Shown: positions 51,170 to 59,632, numbered from the stretch's first letter. The stretch: 64,000 nucleotides of DNA from Eubacteriales bacterium (GCA_045537235.1 JAZSPB010000076.1:41-64040); one strand, 5' to 3'. The notes: generated from the sequence alone by a model not told the origin. Numbers and translations: made by a program.

Positions 51170-51877
51170 CTAAAAAAAGAATAGGGAACCTACATCATAA
51201 AGTCCCTCATCCGAGAGGGAGATGACATCAAACCCGTGAGCGGAACAAAACGATAAAATGTTTTTTCCGTCGGGATGTGTCAAAATGTCGCCACAGAAAA
51301 ACACAGTATGATTGCAAACACCCGAGGCACCGCCGATAAAGCCGTGGTCGAAGCCGTCAAGCGCAACGTGTCCTTCGGAGATGCGCAACACATTGATCGA
51401 AAGTGCACGGCACGTCTTTTCCATCGCGGGATCGGCGGTAATGACGGCTTTGTCCCCGAGCGTTACGGTGGAGCATTTTGCATATCCTTGGTTGGTGTTG
51501 AATATTGAGATCCCATGTTCCTCTGCATAAAGCTGTACTGCTTTAGCCATGTTGGTGCGCCGTCCTATGACATGGTTGCCAAGGATCGCGAGATTGAGGG
51601 AGACATCGCATGGATATTCAGCGCCTACCGCATCGTCGGTCAGCGTCAGCGAAAGGGAAGTCGCGTTAATTATTCGGTCGATTGTTTCTTTGGCCTCGGT
51701 ATAATATTTTTTGTGAACAAACATTCGGTCACCAAGAGGAAGGATCAGCATATCGGGATGGGATGCCACTCTTGGATCAAATGTCGAAAACGGGGGCAGA
51801 GAAATAATAGAAAAGCCTCGCGTTAAAAGCGTCGTGCGACATTTTTCCGAAATTCGGATATCGGTTACAGCAAGCAT
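51170..51877 (-). CDS. DUF6873-like (GME-fold) protein
   Basis: SHPDM, YPCDV, QGYAKCS, HGFIGGASG and LYDVGS motifs; GGAGG RBS. Confidence 0.75.
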   Translation of the reverse strand: MLAVTDIRISEKCRTTLLTRGFSIISLPPFSTFDPRVASHPDMLILPLGDRMFVHKKYYTEAKETIDRIINATSLSLTLTDDAVGAEYPCDVSLNLAILGNHVIGRRTNMAKAVQLYAEEHGISIFNTNQGYAKCSTVTLGDKAVITADPAMEKTCRALSINVLRISEGHVALDGFDHGFIGGASGVCNHTVFFCGDILTHPDGKNILSFCSAHGFDVISLSDEGLYDVGSLFFF

Positions 51878-51902
51878 AATACCTCCAAAAGTGTGCGCCT
51901 GT

Positions 51903-52086
51903 GGGCGAGGGAGGTCGCTTTTTTGAAAAAAAGCTCCGCAAAAAACTTTTGATCTACGCTCTTTTTTGGGGTTGCGCGAACATAGTGAGACACCGGTTGC
52001 TCAAACATCAGCAGGGGCGAGGAGCAAAAGTTTTTGTGCGCTTTTGAAGAAAGTGTGCTTTTTTCAAAAAGTGACCTATCCCGTCC
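51903..52086. repeat. Long palindromic intergenic repeat, copy E (inside the element)
   Basis: GGGAGGTCGCTTTTTTGAAAAAAAGCTCCGCAAAAAACTTTTGATC identical to the left arm of copy A; right arm degenerate. Confidence 0.88.
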
Positions 52087-52149
52087 ACAGGCGAACAAAA
52101 ATAAAGCCGGCAGACATGAACGACTGCCGGAAACTTTATGACCGCACAA

Positions 52150-52335
52150 TTAAGCGCGGGTGATCTTGCCCGAACGCAGGCAACGGGAACAAACGGCAAC
52201 GGTCGTAGGGGTACCGTCAACGATTGCCTTTACCTTACGAATGTTGGGCTTCCAACATCTGTTGGTCTTGCGGTGGGAGTGGGAAACGTTCTGTCCGAAG
52301 ACAACGCCCTTTCCACAAATGCTGCACTTTGCCAT
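52150..52335 (-). CDS. rpmB: 50S ribosomal protein L28 (zinc-binding form)
   Basis: MAKCSICGK...VSHSHRKTNRCWKPNI...CSRCLRSG; AGGAGG RBS. Confidence 0.97.
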   Translation of the reverse strand: MAKCSICGKGVVFGQNVSHSHRKTNRCWKPNIRKVKAIVDGTPTTVAVCSRCLRSGKITRA

Positions 52336-52400
52336 TTTGACACCTCCTGTATGCGGCTTCACGCATTGATGCGAGTTGAACTCATTACATAACGAGATAT

Positions 52401-52429
52401 ATTATACCATAACCGAGGGGAAAATGCAA
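52401..52429 (-). promoter_or_regulatory. sigmaA promoter of rpmB
   Basis: Minus strand TTGCAT-N17-TATAAT with extended -10 TG. Confidence 0.75.
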
Positions 52430-52450
52430 TAGTTTTTTGAAAATTTTTTC

Positions 52451-53761
52451 TCACAAAATGGATTTTTCTTTCTTTTTTTCAATGCAGGGGACGGATTTTT
52501 GACCGTAGACCGCTCCCGAGCCTTGTGCTGACTCAATGCGGAGCAGACGATTGTACTTGGCTACGCGCTCGCTTCTGCAAGGTGCTCCCGATTTGATATA
52601 GGGGGCATTTACCGCGACGGCGATATCCGCCAGTGTTGTGTCTTCCGTCTCGCCGGAGCGATGGGAGAGAATAAAGCCGTAATGGGCATCCTTCGCCGAG
52701 TGGATGACATTCAAGGTCTCGCTGAGTGTGCCGATCTGATTGGGTTTGATGAGAATAGCATTTCCCATGGCTTCTCGAATTCCCTTGGCAAGACGGGAAA
52801 CATTGGTCACAAACAGGTCATCTCCCACCAGCATGATTCGCTTTCCGAGACGCTCGGTCATCTTTTTCCACGCATCAAAATCTTCTTCGCCAAGACCGTC
52901 TTCGATGGATATGATGGGGTAACGGTCGACATATCGTTCGTAGGTGGCGATCAGTTCATCGGCGCTTTTTACTTCGTCTCGTTTGAACATATGATATTTT
53001 CCGTCCTCGCGATACCAACCGCTGGCTGCCACATCCAACGCGATCTTGACTTCGTCGGTGGTGTAACCGGATTTCTCAATGGCGCGACAGATCAGCTCAA
53101 TGGCTTCTTCGTCCGATTCCAAGTCAGGGGCATAGCCGCCTTCATCTCCCACAGTGGCGGTTCTTCTCATTCCTTTTAGGATATTTCCAAGTGTGTGATA
53201 GATCTCGCTTCCCATACGAAGACCTTCCGAAAAGCTTTCCGCGCCAACGGGCAAGATCATGAACTCCTGAATTTCCACATTGTTAGCCGCATGAGCGCCA
53301 CCGTTGAGAATGTTCATCATGGGAACGGGAATGCGGTATGCGTCAATGCCTCCGAGGTAGCGATAAAGGGGAATGCCGTAATGATTGGCAGCAGCGCGTG
53401 CATTTGCCATGGAAACCGCCAGAATGGCATTGGCACCTAAACGGGACTTATTTTCGGTGCCGTCCAGTTCACAAAGGATACGGTCAAGTTCATGCTGTTC
53501 ACAAGCATTGATGCCCGAAATGGCGGGAGAAATAACTTTACAGACGTTGTAAACCGCCTTCATAACACTTTTTCCGTGATAATAGGCGGCGTCTGCATCC
53601 CGTTTTTCGTGGGCTTCAAATTTGCCGGTCGAGGCGCCCGATGGAACGCTGGCCACTCCCACAGTTCCGTCATTTAGAAAAACCGTGGCCTCCACCGTGG
53701 GATTGCCTCGCGAGTCAAGGATCTCCCGCGCGCAACATTTAACAATTTGAGGTTTGCTCAT
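52451..53761 (-). CDS. eno: Enolase
   Basis: [48 protein letters not shown] and SHRSGET all present. Confidence 0.96.
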   Translation of the reverse strand: MSKPQIVKCCAREILDSRGNPTVEATVFLNDGTVGVASVPSGASTGKFEAHEKRDADAAYYHGKSVMKAVYNVCKVISPAISGINACEQHELDRILCELDGTENKSRLGANAILAVSMANARAAANHYGIPLYRYLGGIDAYRIPVPMMNILNGGAHAANNVEIQEFMILPVGAESFSEGLRMGSEIYHTLGNILKGMRRTATVGDEGGYAPDLESDEEAIELICRAIEKSGYTTDEVKIALDVAASGWYREDGKYHMFKRDEVKSADELIATYERYVDRYPIISIEDGLGEEDFDAWKKMTERLGKRIMLVGDDLFVTNVSRLAKGIREAMGNAILIKPNQIGTLSETLNVIHSAKDAHYGFILSHRSGETEDTTLADIAVAVNAPYIKSGAPCRSERVAKYNRLLRIESAQGSGAVYGQKSVPCIEKKKEKSIL

Positions 53762-53924
53762 TTTATTTGCTTCCTTTCTTTTTCTCTACCGTTATTATTG
53801 GCAATTGAGGGGATTTTATTCTGCTTGCTGAAATATGAATGTTGGGCTTTTAAAGGGCAGAGCGAAAAGGACCTGGGGATATCCTCAACGGATTCTTTGC
53901 TTGCATTGAATTCGTCTTTGGGGG

Positions 53925-53953
53925 TTGACAATGATAATAAAGTGGGCTATACT
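53925..53953 (+). promoter_or_regulatory. Internal sigmaA promoter
   Basis: TTGACA-N17-TATACT embedded in the polyvalent reading frame. Confidence 0.65.
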
Positions 53954-54290
53954 GAATATGCCAAAAAGAAAAGGAAAAAAGTATATCGAGGCGGTGTAAT
54001 CATTCGTCGCGGCAAGGTGGTAAGTAACGGCAAGCGAACACAGACGGACTCCTTGATCGATAATGTTTTTCCTCCATATGACCCCTTTGTTAAGCACGGA
54101 AGTGAAGCGCATCGTTTGGCATTGGATTGGGCCTATAAGGCAGATACCAAGGCAGGGGACATGACTTTGATCTCGTATCATGACAGGTGGTATTTGGTTC
54201 AGAAATTCGATGATGCAGATTCAAAGTATTTAATTCGTCGCCGTGTTTTGAAGGCGGAATTTGAGAAAGTAAGCAAGGAGATTGAAGAAA

Positions 54291-54548
54291 ATGGAAAGAG
54301 CGGAGATATCAGCTCCATACAAAGAAGACTTACTCGGAATGATAAACGCAATAAATCGGGTTATTCCTTTAAGGAAAGAGAATCAAGTGTTGATCGTGAT
54401 GTTATTGAACACAGACGAGAAGGTCAATCAGTGGTTCGAATGGTTACGACCGAGAGTGACGGGCGAGAACGATCTGGACGCGACGGAGGCGGAGATCGTG
54501 AGGGCAGCGGTCAGGATAGACAATGGGAAGGATCCGAACGAGAGCTAA
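54291..54548 (+). CDS. Nested out-of-frame 85-aa protein inside the polyvalent ORF
   Basis: AAGGAG RBS at 54275-54280; amphipathic helical sequence while the host frame becomes R/G/E/S-rich low complexity. Confidence 0.6.
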   Translation: MERAEISAPYKEDLLGMINAINRVIPLRKENQVLIVMLLNTDEKVNQWFEWLRPRVTGENDLDATEAEIVRAAVRIDNGKDPNES

Positions 54549-55521
54549 CCCAAGAAGATCGTGAGGCATATGCGGCGTTTACAAGTGAACTTGGGGCGCA
54601 TATGTCGGAGGCTATTCTTGGCAATGAGGATTTTATTGACCGTGTGGTGCGCTCCGATGCTTCACTGACCGAGAAGGTGATCGGGAAGATCAGAAGCTTG
54701 AAGGAAGCCTTTGCTCGCATTGGAGATGCTGAGGCGCAGGCACAGCATAAGAGGTTGGTCGAGGCTGAAAAGCGGTATCTTAAGGCCATCAAGGCGGCGG
54801 GGTATCAGTATCGAGGCGGTAAGGTTTTGGTGTCGGAGGAGGAAAAAGAAAACACCGCGGAGGGCGGTGTCATTCAAGAGGCGGATCGTGTAAAATATTC
54901 TTTGAAAATCAAGCATACAGACGGCTCGATAGAAGAGTTGGCAGATGCAAGAAGTCTGACTGAGGAACAAGCTAAAAATTATCTCAAGCAAGCCAAGACC
55001 GGTGCTTTGCAAGGCCATACGTATATACCTGTTAGAAAAGACACACCACAAGTAATTATTGACACACTCAAACAAGTCAATGAGAATGTGGATGACTATT
55101 CTTTGGTGATGCAAGTAGGAAAGGCCAGACAGGCAATGTCTACAGAGAAATCAGGCAGTCGCAGACAAAAGCGAGGAAACAATGTCAGAAAACATGGATT
55201 GGGTCCCAAGGAGATAGTGACTATTATGAGTTGCCTTGACGATCCTACTGCGATAATATATCAAACCAATCGTGTAGACAAAAGTGGCAAAGATCTTCCC
55301 AATAATGTTGCAGTGGTTGTGGAGTATTCTGTAAGCGGTAACGAAAGCATTGCCGTGATAGAATTCGATAGTTCTATTCCGGCAGAAACAATCGGATTAG
55401 AGCAGGGGGATACAAGATATCATACGGTTGTTACGGTATTTGAGCCGGACACAATGCGAGATGATGTGGCGTTTGATTATGTGTCTGAATTGTTGTCTAA
55501 CCCCAACAACATTCTTTTGAC

Positions 55522-55594
55522 AATAGAAAGAGGACAACCCGCAAGAAGTGCCACCCGGGAGAAACATCCCAACACTTCAAGCAAACTGCCCTCT
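55522..55594 (-). ncRNA. Candidate antisense hairpin sRNA
   Basis: Minus-strand TTGACA-N16-TATAAT (55601-55628); 14-bp and 8-bp stems whose mismatches are all G-U pairs on the minus strand. Confidence 0.45.
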
Positions 55595-56080
55595 AATCCT
55601 ATTATATCCAAAAATTCAGAAATGTCAACCCCAAAACCGAAATTTTCTTTGAAGGAAAAAGGAGAGCGGGGCGAAAACAAAAAGTCCAATTCTTATACCA
55701 AAGAAGAAGCACGCGCCATGGTAGATAAGATCATGGAGGTGTTTGTGGGAGAGGGATATCATGGCAAACTTCCGGGCAAGAGAACCGAGGCGATTGATCG
55801 GGCACATATGATATTGAATAGCGCAGAGCCCGGAAAACGCGGAAGTGCGGCGTTGGATTTTGCGGATTATATTCTTCGTCATGCGGTGCTGGAGGATACG
55901 GTTGACGTGGATGAGGTTGCCCCCTATATGGAGAAGGTCGATCAGCTCAAGCCCTATTTGCGGCGATTGAATCTTGAGGAGCTTCGGGATGAAATTCGGC
56001 ATCATTATGATACTGACAGAAGTCTGCAATGGTGCTTGCCGGTGTTGAGGCGGTGAAAATGTATTATGAGTCGTTTAAGC

Positions 56081-56149
56081 AAAAAAACACGGGTCGTCAA
56101 GCCGCCGCGTCTGATTTAACAGAGGTCAACAAGCTCCATCGCCGTGTCG
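56081..56149 (-). ncRNA. Second candidate antisense hairpin sRNA
   Basis: Minus-strand TTGACA-N17-TACATT (56155-56183); ends pair (ACACGG/CCGTGT) and are followed by a U-tract. Confidence 0.4.
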
Positions 56150-56463
56150 TTTATAATGTATCAGAATTTCTTTCATTTGTCAAGAGCAAACTAAGGTACT
56201 TGTCATACGATATGCTTTTATTGGAACAAAAAAGTAAAAGAGAGACATTTTTCGAAACAATTCAATATATCGAATAGAAAAACGGCAAAAAATATATTGT
56301 AAATAATTGTATTCAAAAAGAGAATATTAACATGAAATGAGAAGCAATGGAGATGAGCGAAAAGCCGAGAAGAAACTTAAATTCTTTTGGGAAATTCGTT
56401 TGGGACCGTCAGAGGTGTAGAAGAATCGAGAGGGTATTCTCATAATTCCCGGGCAGTTGTTCC

Positions 56464-56494
56464 CGACCTTTTGAGAAAAAATGACCTATGAATG
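56464..56494 (+). other. attR recombination site
   Basis: AGAAAAAATGAC-C-TATGAATG then GGGATAT, resuming the WGY codons. Confidence 0.88.
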
Positions 56495-56945
56495 GGGATA
56501 TTCAAGAGGTGAACCGCAAGCGGTATCCCCGGTGGATAAAGTGCGTCGCGTAGTCGAGTACGGCGTGACGGAGATCCCTCCCGAAAAAATATTTTTGGGA
56601 ATGCCAAACTACGGTTATGATTGGCGGTTGCCCTTCGTAATGGGTGAAACGGTGGCGCGGTCACTTTCCAATGTGGAGGCGGTAGATCTTGCCAAGACCA
56701 ATCGCGCGGCAATTTTGTTTGACGAAGTAGCGCAGTCGCCGTATTTTAACTACTTTATAAGAGAGAACGGACGAAATACGGAGCACATCGTTTGGTTTGA
56801 AGATGCAAAAAGCGTAGCGGCAATGCTGGGGCTGGTCGAGGAGTTCGGTTTGCGCGGTTTCACCGTGTGGAATTTGATGCGTTACTTTCCTCAGTTGTGG
56901 CTTGTTCTCAATAACACCTTCCGCATCCGAAAAACACTTTCTTGA
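56487..56945 (+). CDS. 3' half of the interrupted LysM2-GH18 spore hydrolase
   Basis: YEWGYSRGEPQAVSP, EIPPEKIFLGMPNYGYDWRLP, AQSPYFNY, HIVWFEDAKS and FPQLWLVL continue the family sequence. Confidence 0.92.
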   Translation, partial: YEWGYSRGEPQAVSPVDKVRRVVEYGVTEIPPEKIFLGMPNYGYDWRLPFVMGETVARSLSNVEAVDLAKTNRAAILFDEVAQSPYFNYFIRENGRNTEHIVWFEDAKSVAAMLGLVEEFGLRGFTVWNLMRYFPQLWLVLNNTFRIRKTLS

Positions 56946-57004
56946 TCTGTAAATTTGGGAATTCCTGCAAAAGCGGTAAAAAAGGATATTCAATGCCTAT
57001 AATA

Positions 57005-57042
57005 AAAGCCGAAGGTCTTTTTTGGATATGACCTTCGGCAAA
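57005..57042. terminator. Terminator between convergent genes
   Basis: GCCGAAGGTC ... GACCTTCGGC. Confidence 0.7.
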
Positions 57043-57050
57043 ATTTTTAA

Positions 57051-58130
57051 TTATTTATCTGCTCTTTTTTTCAAAATGGTGTTCATATATACCAGCCAGT
57101 CGCGTCGGCTGAAATAATGGGAGCCGTCACGGAGATGATAACAAACATTTCCCTCATGAAAATCAGCCCCGGGGACGGGAAGCCTGTCGGGGGCGACAAA
57201 TCCCGAAAGTCCCAAATTTTCCCACGCGCGGGAGGCTGCTACGCAGGAAAGATACTCGGAGTCGGGATCGGCCCAGGTATCCTCCTCCGCCGAGCCGATC
57301 AGAACAACGCGAGGGGCAATGGTGGCAAGGAGCATATGTTGGTCGAATGTCAATGCTTTGTGATCTACATATTTTTTATAATTTTCACAGAACCAGTAGG
57401 GGAATGTCTTGGTAATGTTGGAGATCTGCTCGCCCACCTTGCCGCGCGTAATGGCAGTGCCGCTGCATCCGGAATCATTGGAGATGACATAGCGGAAGCG
57501 TTCGTCCAACATACCGGTTACCAGTGCGGTCTTTCCCAATCGAGAGTGACCGGCTACCGCACCGTGCTCATGATCCAATTGATCCAATGTCATTGCATAG
57601 TCCATCACGCGCATATTAGCCCATGCCCACATGAGAATCTTGCCGGTATCGTTTCCGTTTTTCCGAATGCCGTCGGGGAACAGAATGCCTGCAAGACCGT
57701 TGGTCATATCGTTATTGTCGGAGGTTATATTTTGATAGCAAAGTTCAAAAACGGCAAAACCGTTGTTGATAATTTCTTCGACGGGAAGATATTTGCTTGG
57801 TACTAAATATTCAAAGTCGTTGTGAACTATGAACGGATATTTACCTTTTTTATTAGGAATGACCGCCGTGAAGGGGAAGGAAAAATCTTTTCCGCAGACC
57901 TCGACATGAGCAACGATCTCATATTTGGTGGCCGCACCTGCGCAGAATCTACGCTGTGCTCCATTGGGTGGAATGACTTCGAATTCCACTTTGGTCGGCT
58001 CGGGAACGGGCAGTCCGTATTCCTCATTGAAAAGCGTTGTTTTATATTTTTCACGGATGGTACTCCATGTGTTGAAATCAAAAGCATCAAGCTCACAGAT
58101 ACCTCTTTCTTTCAGCATTTTTTTTAACAT
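57051..58130 (-). CDS. CE15-like (glucuronoyl esterase family) alpha/beta hydrolase
   Basis: WAW...RVMDY, GHSRLGK, SGCSG, DQHMLLATIAPR and DTWADP. Confidence 0.85.
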   Translation of the reverse strand: MLKKMLKERGICELDAFDFNTWSTIREKYKTTLFNEEYGLPVPEPTKVEFEVIPPNGAQRRFCAGAATKYEIVAHVEVCGKDFSFPFTAVIPNKKGKYPFIVHNDFEYLVPSKYLPVEEIINNGFAVFELCYQNITSDNNDMTNGLAGILFPDGIRKNGNDTGKILMWAWANMRVMDYAMTLDQLDHEHGAVAGHSRLGKTALVTGMLDERFRYVISNDSGCSGTAITRGKVGEQISNITKTFPYWFCENYKKYVDHKALTFDQHMLLATIAPRVVLIGSAEEDTWADPDSEYLSCVAASRAWENLGLSGFVAPDRLPVPGADFHEGNVCYHLRDGSHYFSRRDWLVYMNTILKKRADK

Positions 58131-58312
58131 TCTTTTGCCCTCCTGTTCAAAATTTCACACTTGATTATAGCAAAATTATTTTTCTGTGTCAATAAAATGC
58201 GTGTTTTTTTCAAAAAAATGCAAACATTTCCAAAAAAGTAAAGAAAAGAGTTGAAATATTCAAAAATATGGTGTAAAATAAATATGTATTGCTTATAAAA
58301 AGGAATGTTTTG

Positions 58313-59632
58313 ATGATACCACAAAAAAGAGTTATTTCACCGTCACTGACTTTGGATGCGGTGCAAACCGACCGATTTAAGACCGAGACACTTTCGGTCA
58401 GTATAGCGGTTCCCATGTCAAGGGACTTGACGCCTGTTCAGGTGTTGGTTCTGTCCATTCTAAAACGGGGAACCGAGAAATTTCCGACCCAGCGAGATAT
58501 TAATCGCCGTTTGGATGAGTTGTATGCGGCAGGGATCGGTATTCGCACCGACCGATACGGAAATACCAATCTTCTTGGCTTTTATGCCGAGCTTTTGAGC
58601 GAGGAATATGCCGACCGAAAGACTGATATTTTTGACGGTGCCTTGGATGTGATTCTCCAAATGCTTTTTTGTCCCTTGACCGATTCGAACGGGCATTTTC
58701 TTGCCCATTACATTGAGAGTGAAAAGGACAATTTATGCGATGCCATTGAAGCGCAGATCAATAACCCCCGTTCTTATGCCGCGGCGCGTTGTCGCGAGAT
58801 CATGTTTGAAGGGGATGATTACGGAGCTCCCATTTTGGGAACCGTGGAGCAGATTCGTTCTGTGACACCCGAAGAACTGACCGAGGCGTATCAGAGCTTG
58901 ATTCGTGACCACGCTTTCCGTGTTTTTTATCTTGGCTCCAAGAGCGCAGATGAAGTGAGTTCTCGGATTGAGAAGAAACTATTGTCATATATTTCGGGAA
59001 ACGACTCCCAATGCAAAACAGTTGGCTCTTGCGTGAAGACGATTAGAAAAGTAAAGAGAGTAGAGCAGGAAATGCCGCTTTCGCAAGGCAAGCTGGTTAT
59101 GGGCTTCCGTACGGGTATCCATGTTTTTGATGGTGAATTTTATCCTATGCTCGTATTCCTTGATATATACGGCGCATCTCCCATCTCCAAACTTTTTATG
59201 AATGTGCGAGAGCGTTTGGGACTTTGCTATTATTGCAGTGCTACTTACGATATTTACAAGGGCGTGATGTTTGTTTCTTCGGGTGTCGCCCCTCAAACGC
59301 GAGAGAAAGCGGAGTCGGAGATCTTGGCACAGTTGGAAGAGATCTGTCGGGGCAATATTTCCAAAAGCGAATTTGAAGCTGCCAAAAAATCCATCCTCGG
59401 AAGCTACCGTTCCATTTCCGATATGCCATCAACCTTGGAGTCCTATTATACGGGACGCGATCTTTTTGGTGTTCGCTGTACGGTTGAAGAATTCATGAAA
59501 AATATCGAACGTGTGACCGTTGATCAGGTGATCGAGGTGGCGCGGAAGGTGTCCTTGGATACCGTTTATTTCTTGAGTGGCGGCAATTCAACGGGGAAGG
59601 AGAACGAAGATGAGTACAATGACTTTGTTTGA
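58313..59632 (+). CDS. M16 peptidase-like protein, non-catalytic (YmfF-like)
   Basis: TDRFKT, QGKLVMG and SKLFMNVRERLGLCYY; no HxxEH. Confidence 0.85.
   Translation: MIPQKRVISPSLTLDAVQTDRFKTETLSVSIAVPMSRDLTPVQVLVLSILKRGTEKFPTQRDINRRLDELYAAGIGIRTDRYGNTNLLGFYAELLSEEYADRKTDIFDGALDVILQMLFCPLTDSNGHFLAHYIESEKDNLCDAIEAQINNPRSYAAARCREIMFEGDDYGAPILGTVEQIRSVTPEELTEAYQSLIRDHAFRVFYLGSKSADEVSSRIEKKLLSYISGNDSQCKTVGSCVKTIRKVKRVEQEMPLSQGKLVMGFRTGIHVFDGEFYPMLVFLDIYGASPISKLFMNVRERLGLCYYCSATYDIYKGVMFVSSGVAPQTREKAESEILAQLEEICRGNISKSEFEAAKKSILGSYRSISDMPSTLESYYTGRDLFGVRCTVEEFMKNIERVTVDQVIEVARKVSLDTVYFLSGGNSTGKENEDEYNDFV

Larger units (their letters stand above)
53850..56056 (+). pseudogene. Fragment of a phage-type large polyvalent protein gene with a MuF-C/PBECR-like domain
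   Basis: Long open frame without a credible start; KYSLK/KFSLK linkers; HGL...LDDPTAII...VAVVVE...TVVTVF nuclease-like pattern; ends abruptly; left boundary approximate. Confidence 0.6.
49045..56494. mobile_element. skin-like gene-intervening element (7442-bp excisable unit), probably a decayed prophage
   Basis: TATGAATG direct repeat at 49045-49052 and 56487-56494; large serine recombinase next to the left junction; the two gene halves flank it in the same orientation. Confidence 0.9.

Noticed and set aside
53747-53850. Hydrophobic N-terminus of the 769-aa ORF as a signal peptide
   Set aside because: It overlaps the eno start and upstream region on the opposite strand and lacks an RBS, so it is probably a chance open extension.
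56081-56149. Fluoride riboswitch (GGCGATGGAG start on the minus strand)
   Set aside because: The P1 partner and the GCTRATGAC 3' motif do not match well and no downstream gene fits. Kept only as a generic sRNA candidate.
49045-56494. Element as an invertible phase-variation switch or an intact prophage/ICE
   Set aside because: The core repeats and gene halves are in direct orientation, which implies excision. No structural, replication or conjugation genes are present.
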